From contig JAYTSU010000021.1 of assembly GCA_043745485.1 (NCBI GenBank), forward strand, positions 2,533 to 66,532: a stretch of DNA of 64,000 nucleotides, given 5' to 3'. The DNA is from Candidatus Saccharimonadota bacterium. GTDB lineage: Bacteria; Patescibacteriota; Saccharimonadia; Saccharimonadales; JACDBH01. Below are positions 1 to 8,059 of the stretch, in pieces. The translations under genes were made by a program, and so were the position numbers. Position 1 is the stretch's first letter. Every line of letters begins with the position of its first letter. The notes beneath the pieces are model-generated. The model saw nothing but the letters and a program-made list of their open reading frames with translations, ran no database searches and was not told the origin of the DNA.

Positions 1-1778
1 TTGAAGTCCCAAGGAGTTGTGGCGCTGCTCAAGTACGATAAGTCACTCACGGCCTGGGTTGGGGTTTGGGGGCCGGGACCTTCCGATGACCAAATTAAGA
101 CCGTCACGGTTGGTGCCATATAGCCTTCAAGGGCAGCGGTATTGCCGGACTGCATAGCCGCTTCGATGTTGGCTTTGTTGTCTGCCGGAGCAGGCGCCTT
201 TTCTGGTGCTTTTTGAACTGTTGGCTGGGTGACTGTGGCGGTTGGCGCAGCTTTTTTGCGGGTAGATAAGATTTTCCAAACTCCACCAACGGTGCCTACT
301 ACTAGGATTAACCCTATTAAAATCGCCACCCAAAACATATTGCCCCAGCGATCGAAAATGCCAGGCGTATTGTCTCCGCTACCACCACTAGCTCCTTCGC
401 GAATACTCTGCTGGGCTTCGGCATACTTGCCGTTTTTACTCTTGCCTTTGCTGGAGCGACGACGAGTGCGTAGCCATATACCACCTAGCAATAAGCCTCC
501 ACCTGTCAGACCACCAATCCACAAACCCCTGTGGTACTCGCCTTTCGTTGTCACCTTGACTGTGGCGGTAGCGCAGATAAAAACATTGGCGCCGCTGCAA
601 ACCTTGTATATAAAACTATCCGTGCCAATCCAGCCGTAGCTGGGAGTGTACGTGATGAAGCCGGTTGTCGTATTAACGCTGGTTGTGCCATGCAACGGCG
701 CAGTAGTGACGCTAACCGAACCCGGATTGAACACCAAACCATAAGTAACGGTATCGTTGACCAGCACATTCATCGTAACTGCGTGGTTAAATGCGGCGGT
801 ACCGATGTCGTTGTTGGCGTGGACAGCGATAAGTGGCTGCCAGCTTGGTTGGCTGTCTTCGACGTTGTTATTAGTCAGCCGAGTTTGGCCTGTGCCGTTT
901 ATATTAATGACGTAGATATCCCAATCTTGAGTGCTATTCCACGAACCAGCTGTATAGACAATTTTGGTGCCTTCGGGCGACCAACTAGAATAACTTTTGA
1001 CTTGTTGGGCGCTGTTCGTGGCATTCGTCAACTGAGTCGTCCCGCTGCCGTTTGAGTTGACAACAAAGAGATCTTCGCTGTAGGGGCCAACGGATTTAGA
1101 AAAGACAATCTTGGCGCCGCTCGGCGACCAACTGGGGAAATTATTGTACCCCGGCGTCAACTGAGTCGTCCCGCTGCCGTTTGAGTTCATAACGTAGATT
1201 TTAGAGCAACCACCGTTTTGACAGGTGTGGAATACGATCTTATTGCCATCTGGTGACCAGCTGGGGTTATCATTATAACCCGTTGTCGTCAGCGGAGTTT
1301 GCCCGGTGCCGTCTGGATTCATAACGTAGATATCGTTGGCTCCATCGTTAGTGCTACTACCTCTTTCGAATGCGATCTTGGCGCCGCTCGGCGACCAGTT
1401 GGGTTCACGATTGACTTGTTGAAGGCTGTTGTTGGTGGTGTTTGTCAGGCGCATCAGCCCGGTGCCGTCTGGATTCATCGTGTAAATCTCATAATTGCCG
1501 TCACGAGTAGAACTGAAAGCAATCTTAGTGCCGTCGGGCGACCAGTTGGGGTTCCTATCATCCGCCGAGTTGTTCGTCAGGCGCATCAGCCCGGTGCCGT
1601 CTGGATTCATCGTGTAAATCTCATAATTGCCGTCACGGTTGGTGGTAAAAGCAATTTTTCCGTTATTCCCCGCGAAAACTCCAGCCCTAACCGAGTGAGA
1701 ACGCACTGCACCGAGTAGAATGACTGACAAAAGCAATAGACTAACTAATAGTATCCTTATCGATTTTTTTATTTGCAA
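1..1778 (-). CDS. Partial (3' end off-window) membrane-anchored surface protein with signal peptide, tandem PD40/TolB-type beta-propeller repeats, an Ig/cadherin-like domain and two hydrophobic segments
   Basis: The minus frame is open from the window edge up to TTG at 1778-1776. AAAGGAG lies 7-8 nt upstream and an in-frame TAA lies at 1817-1815. It is absent from the ORF track because it has no stop inside the window. My translation starts [25 protein letters not shown] (signal-like). It continues with repeated units such as [35 protein letters not shown], then VLVND...[19 protein letters not shown] (Ig-like). It ends with [23 protein letters not shown] and [15 protein letters not shown] hydrophobic stretches. 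Confidence 0.75.
   Translation of the reverse strand, partial: MQIKKSIRILLVSLLLLSVILLGAVRSHSVRAGVFAGNNGKIAFTTNRDGNYEIYTMNPDGTGLMRLTNNSADDRNPNWSPDGTKIAFSSTRDGNYEIYTMNPDGTGLMRLTNTTNNSLQQVNREPNWSPSGAKIAFERGSSTNDGANDIYVMNPDGTGQTPLTTTGYNDNPSWSPDGNKIVFHTCQNGGCSKIYVMNSNGSGTTQLTPGYNNFPSWSPSGAKIVFSKSVGPYSEDLFVVNSNGSGTTQLTNATNSAQQVKSYSSWSPEGTKIVYTAGSWNSTQDWDIYVININGTGQTRLTNNNVEDSQPSWQPLIAVHANNDIGTAAFNHAVTMNVLVNDTVTYGLVFNPGSVSVTTAPLHGTTSVNTTTGFITYTPSYGWIGTDSFIYKVCSGANVFICATATVKVTTKGEYHRGLWIGGLTGGGLLLGGIWLRTRRRSSKGKSKNGKYAEAQQSIREGASGGSGDNTPGIFDRWGNMFWVAILIGLILVVGTVGGVWKILSTRKKAAPTATVTQPTVQKAPEKAPAPADNKANIEAAMQSGNTAALEGYMAPTVTVLIWSSEGPGPQTPTQAVSDLSYLSSATTPWDF
1027..1187 (-). repeat. 32-bp perfect intragenic direct repeat (1027-1058 and 1156-1187), spacing 129 bp
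   Basis: The string gtcaactgagtcgtcccgctgccgtttgagtt was read twice. The spacing equals 43 codons, one PD40 repeat unit. Confidence 0.9.
1444..1637 (-). repeat. 62-bp perfect intragenic direct repeat (1444-1505 and 1576-1637), spacing 132 bp
   Basis: The string gtcaggcgcatcagcccggtgccgtctggattcatcgtgtaaatctcataattgccgtcacg occurs twice, letter for letter. The spacing equals 44 codons, one PD40 unit. Confidence 0.95.
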
Positions 1779-2000
1779 CTCTTTAGCTCCTTTACAGTTA
1801 CCATCATTATCCTCTTACATAAAGCAAAAGTATAGCAATAATAATTAGGTTCCGAACCAAAAAATCGACCTTTCAGCTGGCTAAGTGTATTTAGGATTCA
1901 TACCTTACCGATCACTAATGCATAACTATGTAATACGGTCATCTTTGGTGCAATGCTTGGCTCATTTTTACAACCAAGCTCGAACTTTTCTTATGGCTCA

Positions 2001-2028
2001 GGGCTAGTGGACGTACTTCGCAACTTAT
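2001..2028. repeat. 28-bp perfect direct repeat, copy 1 (just 3' of the SemiSWEET gene on the minus strand)
   Basis: gggctagtggacgtacttcgcaacttat is identical to 2358-2385. It is preceded by tggct, as is copy 2. Confidence 0.9.
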
Positions 2029-2040
2029 TAAGATGCTTAT

Positions 2041-2316
2041 TTAACCATAAAGTAATATGGCGGTTACGAGTGTTAAATAAACCACTATCCAAAGTATACC
2101 TTGCAAAACTATGGGCCATAGCTTTTTGCGTATACCGTATACAATAAATATTGATTCAAAGACTATATATAATAACCATGTAGCTATTGATAGATCACCT
2201 GCGCTATGAGTGCTGAAGAGTTTATATATTTGTGGTACCGCAGTTAAGGGGTACATAAACGATGTGACATACATCACATTATCAAATTTGTCTTTTTTAG
2301 TTTTTTTTGTAGTCAT
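2041..2316 (-). CDS. SemiSWEET / PQ-loop family sugar transporter (3-TM, 91 aa)
   Basis: The protein is about 90 aa with three hydrophobic helices. It carries the PQ motif in LTAVPQIYKLFSTHSAGDLS, typical of bacterial SemiSWEETs. Confidence 0.8.
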   Translation of the reverse strand: MTTKKTKKDKFDNVMYVTSFMYPLTAVPQIYKLFSTHSAGDLSIATWLLYIVFESIFIVYGIRKKLWPIVLQGILWIVVYLTLVTAILLYG

Positions 2317-2357
2317 TAAATTAATAGTAACAGAACAATTATTTTTATACCTGGCTG

Positions 2358-2385
2358 GGGCTAGTGGACGTACTTCGCAACTTAT
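2358..2385. repeat. 28-bp perfect direct repeat, copy 2 (between the P-loop kinase stop and the SemiSWEET start)
   Basis: Identical to 2001-2028. Confidence 0.9.
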
Positions 2386-2393
2386 CAGGCGAA

Positions 2394-2942
2394 CTAACCT
2401 TTGATAATGCTGCGAAGCCCAAAGTGCTTAACTATAAGCTCGGCTGACTGCTCTGGAGTTGATTTAGAAGTATCTATATGCAATACATTATCAAAAGGTA
2501 CGCTTGCGTTAAAATTATATGTATCTAGCTGTTTTCTTAGTTGTTCACTATTTGAAAGCTTATTTAATAACTTTCTAGAATTATTGGACACTCTTTCTGT
2601 CAGTACATCAATTGGTGCTGATAGTTGTACGAAATTAACCGTGCCATTGTTTTTTGTAACTACATCAAAAGCATGTTTTACGAAACTTATATCAATTTCA
2701 TCCTCTTCAAATACATATGTAAATATTATGTTTGTATTCTGTTGTGCGGCGTATTCAAAAGTTGTAAGCCTTAGTTTACTAGTAAGTCCGAACATTTGCA
2801 TGTCAAAATGGGGATATAGTTCTTTTGCAACATCTATAGTTAAATGATTATGAAATAATTTATAATTGGTTTTTTCTGCAATTTTGATTCCAACCGTTAG
2901 TTTCCCAGTAGCAGGTGGTCCATATATAAATATTAGATTCAT
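2394..2942 (-). CDS. P-loop NTPase / small-molecule kinase-like protein (AAA_33-like)
   Basis: An N-terminal Walker A motif, IYGPPATGKLT, sits in a 182-aa protein. The substrate cannot be assigned from sequence. Confidence 0.6.
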   Translation of the reverse strand: MNLIFIYGPPATGKLTVGIKIAEKTNYKLFHNHLTIDVAKELYPHFDMQMFGLTSKLRLTTFEYAAQQNTNIIFTYVFEEDEIDISFVKHAFDVVTKNNGTVNFVQLSAPIDVLTERVSNNSRKLLNKLSNSEQLRKQLDTYNFNASVPFDNVLHIDTSKSTPEQSAELIVKHFGLRSIIKG

Positions 2943-2998
2943 GTATTAACTATAGCAAATATTAAATTATTAAATATTAATACTATTACGCTTATGCT

Positions 2999-3073
2999 TG
3001 GCTGGGGGTGAGGGATTCGAACCCCCGAATGCTAGTACCAAAAACTAGTGTCTTACCACTTGACGAACCCCCA
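2999..3073 (-). tRNA. tRNA-Gln (anticodon UUG)
   Basis: The reverse complement folds as a cloverleaf. The acceptor is TGGGGGT/ACCCCCA with the U1:A72 pair and G73 discriminator typical of bacterial tRNA-Gln. The anticodon arm is CTAGT-TTTTGGT-ACTAG, the T arm is GGGGG-TTCGAAT-CCCTC, and CCA is encoded. Confidence 0.9.
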
Positions 3074-3209
3074 ATATGATTTGTATATGGTAAACAGATC
3101 TACATGATTATACCTGTTACACAGGATTTTTTAAAGACTAAAGCGTACCAGGGGGGGCAAGTCTTCTGATTTAAGGTATTTACGAGTTTTCGAGTATTAT
3201 AGATGTAAG

Positions 3210-4064
3210 ATGCTCAAAAAATATTATCTTCTCACAAAACCTGGCATAATCCGTGGTAACTTGATGACAGCTGCTGCCGGCTTTTTTCTAGCTAGCAAAG
3301 GGGATGTTAATGTTAAGAACTTAATAGAGTTACTACTAGGAATCGCCTTAATAATAGCCAGTGCATGTGTGTTTAATAATTATCTAGACCGAGATATAGA
3401 CAAAAAAATGGCTAGAACCAAGAACCGTGCTTTAGTAACGGGTGAGATTACAGTACATTCAGCAATCTTGTTTGCGTGTGCTATGGGTATCGGTGGGTTT
3501 ATGGTGTTAGCAATATATACAAACTTACTCACAGTAATTATCGGTGTAATAGGGATATTCTCCTACGTTATACTTTATGGCTACTACAAACGCCGCTCTG
3601 TTCACGGCACTCTCATTGGCAGCATATCGGGCTCTACGTCTCTAGTAGCAGGCTACTGCGCCGTAACGGAACGCTTCGACATGTTGGCCCTACTACTCTT
3701 TGTTATTATGGCTGTTTGGCAAATGCCACACTTTTATGCAATTGGCGTGTATAAGCGGGATGATTACGCAAAAGCTGACTTACCCATCCTGCCAGTAATA
3801 AAAGGTATCGCGACAGCAAAAAAACATATTCTTGCCTATATAATTTTGTTTATCATTATAGTCAGCATACCTACATTGTGGCACTACACCGGCTACAGCT
3901 ATTTAATTGTGATGCTTATAGTAAGCGGCTTGTGGCTCAGAACAGCTTTAAGTGGATTTACACAAAAAGATGCTATCAAGTATGGCCATCAAGTATTTGG
4001 CTATTCACTTATAACACTCTTGGTGTTCAGCTTAATGATATCCATTGACCATTTTTTGCCATAG
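3210..4064 (+). CDS. ctaB: Protoheme IX farnesyltransferase (heme O synthase), UbiA family
   Basis: A multi-TM protein with the NNYLDRDIDKKMARTKNRALVTG motif and a second Asp-rich region, characteristic of CyoE/CtaB/COX10. Confidence 0.85.
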   Translation: MLKKYYLLTKPGIIRGNLMTAAAGFFLASKGDVNVKNLIELLLGIALIIASACVFNNYLDRDIDKKMARTKNRALVTGEITVHSAILFACAMGIGGFMVLAIYTNLLTVIIGVIGIFSYVILYGYYKRRSVHGTLIGSISGSTSLVAGYCAVTERFDMLALLLFVIMAVWQMPHFYAIGVYKRDDYAKADLPILPVIKGIATAKKHILAYIILFIIIVSIPTLWHYTGYSYLIVMLIVSGLWLRTALSGFTQKDAIKYGHQVFGYSLITLLVFSLMISIDHFLP

Positions 4065-4096
4065 TCTTGCGGTCTTCAAGAGCCTGTTACTTATTA

Positions 4097-5752
4097 CTAA
4101 AAGTGGTCGCGCACGTGCGAGAAAGAATAGTCCCACAATGCATTAGCTTTTTTGTGAGGGTTGAAAATGTGATTAGGATCAAATATGTCTTTAGTTTTAC
4201 GAAATAGGTCAACAACTTCCTTGCCATACATTTCTTCTAGCCATGGGCCGCGGACCAGCCCGTCGTTGTGCTCACCGCTCAAAGATCCTTTGTACTTGAG
4301 GACTAGCTCATTCACTTCTTTCATGCTTGGCTGTAACTTCTCGCGCTCGTCTTTTTCTTCTAATTTCATGAGCGGGATAATATGGAAGTTACCGTCACCC
4401 ATGTGTCCAGCAATAGTCGCAAGAAGCTTATATTTTTTAATTATCAAACGAAGTTCTGGCAAAAACTTAGGCAAGTATTCTGGATTTACTACGAGGTCGT
4501 CAATATATGGGGCAGTGTGCTTGTCCTTCACTTTGCTTCTGAGCAACTGGAAGCTGCTCCGGCGCATAATTTGAAACTTGCGCTGCTTTGCCTCGGTATC
4601 GTCTTCTTCAAACAAACTCTCATGCTTAAACTCTTTCATATCCTCACGGAGCGCATGTACTTTTTGCGAAACTTCTTCAGGCGTTTCTCCAGTAAACTCA
4701 GCAAGCAGTACCATCTTAGGAATACCACGAAAAAGCAGCAGTGCATCAGGAATCAGCTGAAAAGCAAGCTTGATTGTCTCCTTCCAGCCAATGAGCTTAT
4801 GGAAGGAAAAAAAGAGTTTAATACTTAGGATTAATGTATAGTTGTCGAAGCCTTCGAAAGTGGCGGGATGGTGTGTCATGACTTTATTAATAAGCTCACC
4901 TAAGTCGTCCGTTTTCTTGAGAAATATAACTAAGCTACCAGAGTGAGCCGTAGAGGGCACTAAGCGAAAGTTAATGTCTGTTGTGAGCCCTAAAGTTCCC
5001 TGTGCACCAATAATTATTTGGGTCATATCAAAAACGCCCGTTTCGCGGTCCCACACATCCCACAGTTTATAGCCGGTAGAATTTTTTGTCACATGAGGCT
5101 TGGCGGCATTTATTTTGTCGTAGTTTTTTTCAATCAGTTCAAATAAATTTTTGTATAAATCTCCTTCGTAATCGCCTTGGGCCATTTTTGCGTCCAAATC
5201 AGCTTTGTCAAGAGGCTTCACGCTATACTCATTTCCATCTGCAAATACAACCTTGAGCTCATTCACAAATTTTTCTGTTTTGCCAAACTCTAAAGACTTT
5301 TCGCCACCAGAATTATTATTGACCATACCGCCGACAGTACATAGATCTCGGCTCGCAGGAAACGGCGGAAGCAACGCTTTATGTTTGAGGGTTTCGACTT
5401 CAAAATCTCTATAAAAAACACCTGGCTGCACCTGGGCAGAGGTTGGCGAAACTGATGTAATAGTTGTGAAGTGCTTGTTAAAATCTGCAATGATGGAGTC
5501 GTTGATGGCACCACCAGACATGTCGGTGCCTGCGCTCCGTGCTGTAACGCTCAAATTGGGATTATTAACGCGTTCGCTATTAATTGTTTTAATCAGTGCC
5601 TGAACGTCTGCACTGTTGTTTGGCGAAACAATCAGCTCTGGACGAAGCTCAAACAAAGAAGCATCATGACTATAAAAGTCTTTAGCGGTTGCAGAATCGT
5701 CAGTCTCGCCTATAAAACCCGCGGCTTTGAGCGCAGTAGTGAAGTTATCCAT
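4097..5752 (-). CDS. FAD-linked oxidase / D-lactate dehydrogenase-like (GlcD family)
   Basis: It has an N-terminal PCMH-type FAD-binding domain (ARSAGTDMSGG, CTVGGMVNNNSGG). It also has the C-terminal GSLSGEHNDGLVRG motif of FAD-linked oxidases. Confidence 0.8.
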   Translation of the reverse strand: MDNFTTALKAAGFIGETDDSATAKDFYSHDASLFELRPELIVSPNNSADVQALIKTINSERVNNPNLSVTARSAGTDMSGGAINDSIIADFNKHFTTITSVSPTSAQVQPGVFYRDFEVETLKHKALLPPFPASRDLCTVGGMVNNNSGGEKSLEFGKTEKFVNELKVVFADGNEYSVKPLDKADLDAKMAQGDYEGDLYKNLFELIEKNYDKINAAKPHVTKNSTGYKLWDVWDRETGVFDMTQIIIGAQGTLGLTTDINFRLVPSTAHSGSLVIFLKKTDDLGELINKVMTHHPATFEGFDNYTLILSIKLFFSFHKLIGWKETIKLAFQLIPDALLLFRGIPKMVLLAEFTGETPEEVSQKVHALREDMKEFKHESLFEEDDTEAKQRKFQIMRRSSFQLLRSKVKDKHTAPYIDDLVVNPEYLPKFLPELRLIIKKYKLLATIAGHMGDGNFHIIPLMKLEEKDEREKLQPSMKEVNELVLKYKGSLSGEHNDGLVRGPWLEEMYGKEVVDLFRKTKDIFDPNHIFNPHKKANALWDYSFSHVRDHF

Positions 5753-5864
5753 TATCCTTAAGCTTACTTGTTATTGTTTTAGTTCGCAAGCAAAAGAGTT
5801 AGCATCCAACGACGCTATAATAACCCTTATGCATTTCCGGTAATATTTTGTATACTTAAGCGTA

Positions 5865-7058
5865 ATGAAGCAAAAACATGTACTCATAGTGGGGGGCGGC
5901 TTTGCCGGCGTTAAGGCAGCGCTTGATCTCGCCAAGCACGATCAACATTTTAAGATAACCCTCCTTTCTGACGAGACCACATTTAATTACCACCCAACGC
6001 TGTATCATACTGCTACGGGCGGAAGCAGACAGGTGTCTGACATACCACTTAGTGAAATACTTGGTGATAAGCCAGTAAAAATTCTAAACGGCCATGCCGA
6101 AACGCTGGATAGAATTCATAAAACAGTTACTTTAGCAGACGGGTCTAAGCTACATTACGACATACTCATTCTTGCTCTTGGTGCTATCACTAACTATTTC
6201 GGTATTAAAGGTATGCAGGAATATTCATACGGTATTAAGTCACTCCAAGAAGCAGAAGAGCTTAAAGCCCATTTGCACAAACAGCTCATAGAAGACAAAA
6301 AGCCAGATCTTAATTATATAATTGTGGGTGGTGGACCAACGGGAGTAGAATTAGCCGGCGCACTTCCAGGCTATGTAAAACGAATCATGAAACAGCATGG
6401 ACTACGTGATGCAAAGTTACATGTCGACGTGGTGGAAGCGGCGCCACACCTGATGCCCCGTATGCCCAAGTCAGTTTCTAAATCGTTTGAACGAAGACTA
6501 CGCAGCTTAGGTGTTAAATTATACCTTGGTACTCCTGTGCAGGCAGAGACAGCCAACACGCTCCTTATGAACGGTAAATATGTCCGCAGTCATACGGTTG
6601 TTTGGACGGCAGGTATTGCTAATAACCCCTTCTTTGACAAGAATGGGTTTATGGCAACCAAGAACCATAAAGTCCAGATAGACAGGCTTATGCAAGCATG
6701 GCCAGGTATATTCGTCATCGGCGATAATGCTGACACGCCGTACAGTGGTATGGCACAGACTGCTCTGTATGATGCACATTTTGTAGTTGAGAACCTTGTA
6801 AGGCACGCAAACAATGAGCGTCCGTATGCATACAAGGCAAAAAAGCCGATTTATGTTACACCCGCTGGTCCACATTGGGCGTCAGTTGTCTGGGGCAGAG
6901 TGCACATCTATGGCTGGTTGGGCTGGGCCATACGGCAAGCAGCCGACTGGATGGGCTATAGAGACTTGGAGCCGTGGTGGCGCGCCACCGAACTTTTGAT
7001 TGCAAAAGCAGACCGTGAGGACGGTTGCGCTGTATGTGCCGCGCCCGCTTTTAAATAA
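5865..7058 (+). CDS. ndh: Type II NADH dehydrogenase (NDH-2)
   Basis: It has two dinucleotide-binding folds, VLIVGGGFAGVKAA and IIVGGGPTGVELAG. It also has GDNA near the C-terminal part. Confidence 0.85.
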   Translation: MKQKHVLIVGGGFAGVKAALDLAKHDQHFKITLLSDETTFNYHPTLYHTATGGSRQVSDIPLSEILGDKPVKILNGHAETLDRIHKTVTLADGSKLHYDILILALGAITNYFGIKGMQEYSYGIKSLQEAEELKAHLHKQLIEDKKPDLNYIIVGGGPTGVELAGALPGYVKRIMKQHGLRDAKLHVDVVEAAPHLMPRMPKSVSKSFERRLRSLGVKLYLGTPVQAETANTLLMNGKYVRSHTVVWTAGIANNPFFDKNGFMATKNHKVQIDRLMQAWPGIFVIGDNADTPYSGMAQTALYDAHFVVENLVRHANNERPYAYKAKKPIYVTPAGPHWASVVWGRVHIYGWLGWAIRQAADWMGYRDLEPWWRATELLIAKADREDGCAVCAAPAFK

Positions 7059-8037
7059 TTATCATGGCATCGCCAAAAGAATAAAATCGATAGTTCTGGG
7101 CAATTGCATGCGCATAGACACGCTGTAATTCGTCAACCGAACCCATAAACGCACTTACGAGCATCAATAGTGTACTTTTTGGTAAATGAAAATTAGTAAT
7201 CAGTGAGCCAACAGATTTGAATTCATAGCCAGGAGTAATAAATATAGCCGTAGAGCCGCTTTCTTCCTTAAAAGGCAATTGTGCACTTTCTAGGACCCGT
7301 ACAGTAGTCGTACCTACTGCAGTAATATGATTAGAAGCGTTTAGTATATGTGCCACTTCTGTACTCACCACGTATGATTCCTCATGCATTACGTGATCTC
7401 TTAAATTATCGGTTTTTACTGGTGCAAATGTACCCATACCTATGTGCAATGTAACTTCTGCAATTGTATGTTCTTTACGAATGTTCTCCAATAATTCTGA
7501 AGTAAAATGCAAACCCGCGGTCGGGGCAGCTTTACTACCAAGTGGATCAGCATAGACTGTTTGATATTCTTCAGCTAATGATTCGTCTTGAGCTATGTAT
7601 GGCGGTAGTGGCGTCAGGCGGAACGGATCAAAACTGACGTCGTCTAGGGGGCGATCAAGGCTGATTGTGCGAACGCCGTCATCGGCAATATCATCAACAC
7701 GAAATATAAAATTATCCACCGTAACTTCGCCAAGTTGGAACTTTTTGCCTGGATAAACCAACGCTTTTATGGTAGTAGGGTTAATAGTCTCAAGCACAAA
7801 TACTTCTGTTTTACCAAACCGCAAACGACACTTTTCGACTCGGCTATTATTAACGACGAGGGTGGAGTCTTTGGGTAAATACTTCGCAATATTATAAAAA
7901 AAGTCATCAATTATTGATTGTGATTTACGATCATACACAAGCAGCCGGGCGTGATCGCGAGGACTAGCAGGTACTTGAGCTATAAGACGCTCTGGCAGTA
8001 TAAAATCAAAATCTCTCAAAGTGTAGTTTTTAGGCAT
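7051..8037 (-). CDS. queA: S-adenosylmethionine:tRNA ribosyltransferase-isomerase
   Basis: The region from MPKNYTLRDFDFILPERLIAQVPASPRDHARLLVY to the end resembles QueA (328 aa). The ORF-track start at 8478 is an artefactual extension antisense to the helicase gene. Confidence 0.9.
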   Translation of the reverse strand: MPKNYTLRDFDFILPERLIAQVPASPRDHARLLVYDRKSQSIIDDFFYNIAKYLPKDSTLVVNNSRVEKCRLRFGKTEVFVLETINPTTIKALVYPGKKFQLGEVTVDNFIFRVDDIADDGVRTISLDRPLDDVSFDPFRLTPLPPYIAQDESLAEEYQTVYADPLGSKAAPTAGLHFTSELLENIRKEHTIAEVTLHIGMGTFAPVKTDNLRDHVMHEESYVVSTEVAHILNASNHITAVGTTTVRVLESAQLPFKEESGSTAIFITPGYEFKSVGSLITNFHLPKSTLLMLVSAFMGSVDELQRVYAHAIAQNYRFYSFGDAMIII

Positions 8038-8059
8038 AACAGAGTAGAATATACAGTAT

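Noticed and set aside
229-1718. Plus-strand ORFs 229-639, 531-1055 and 1299-1718 from the ORF track
   Set aside because: They are antisense to a continuous minus-strand frame. That frame encodes recognisable PD40 repeats with a signal peptide, an RBS and a TTG start. Their own translations are low-complexity, Arg/Val/Gly-rich and typical of antisense reading.
2001-2385. The 28-bp repeats as tRNA gene fragments
   Set aside because: Only the adjacent TGGCT(G)GGG resembles a tRNA 3' end. The 28-mer itself cannot form a T arm, because it has no TTCGAAT-type loop and no complementary stems.
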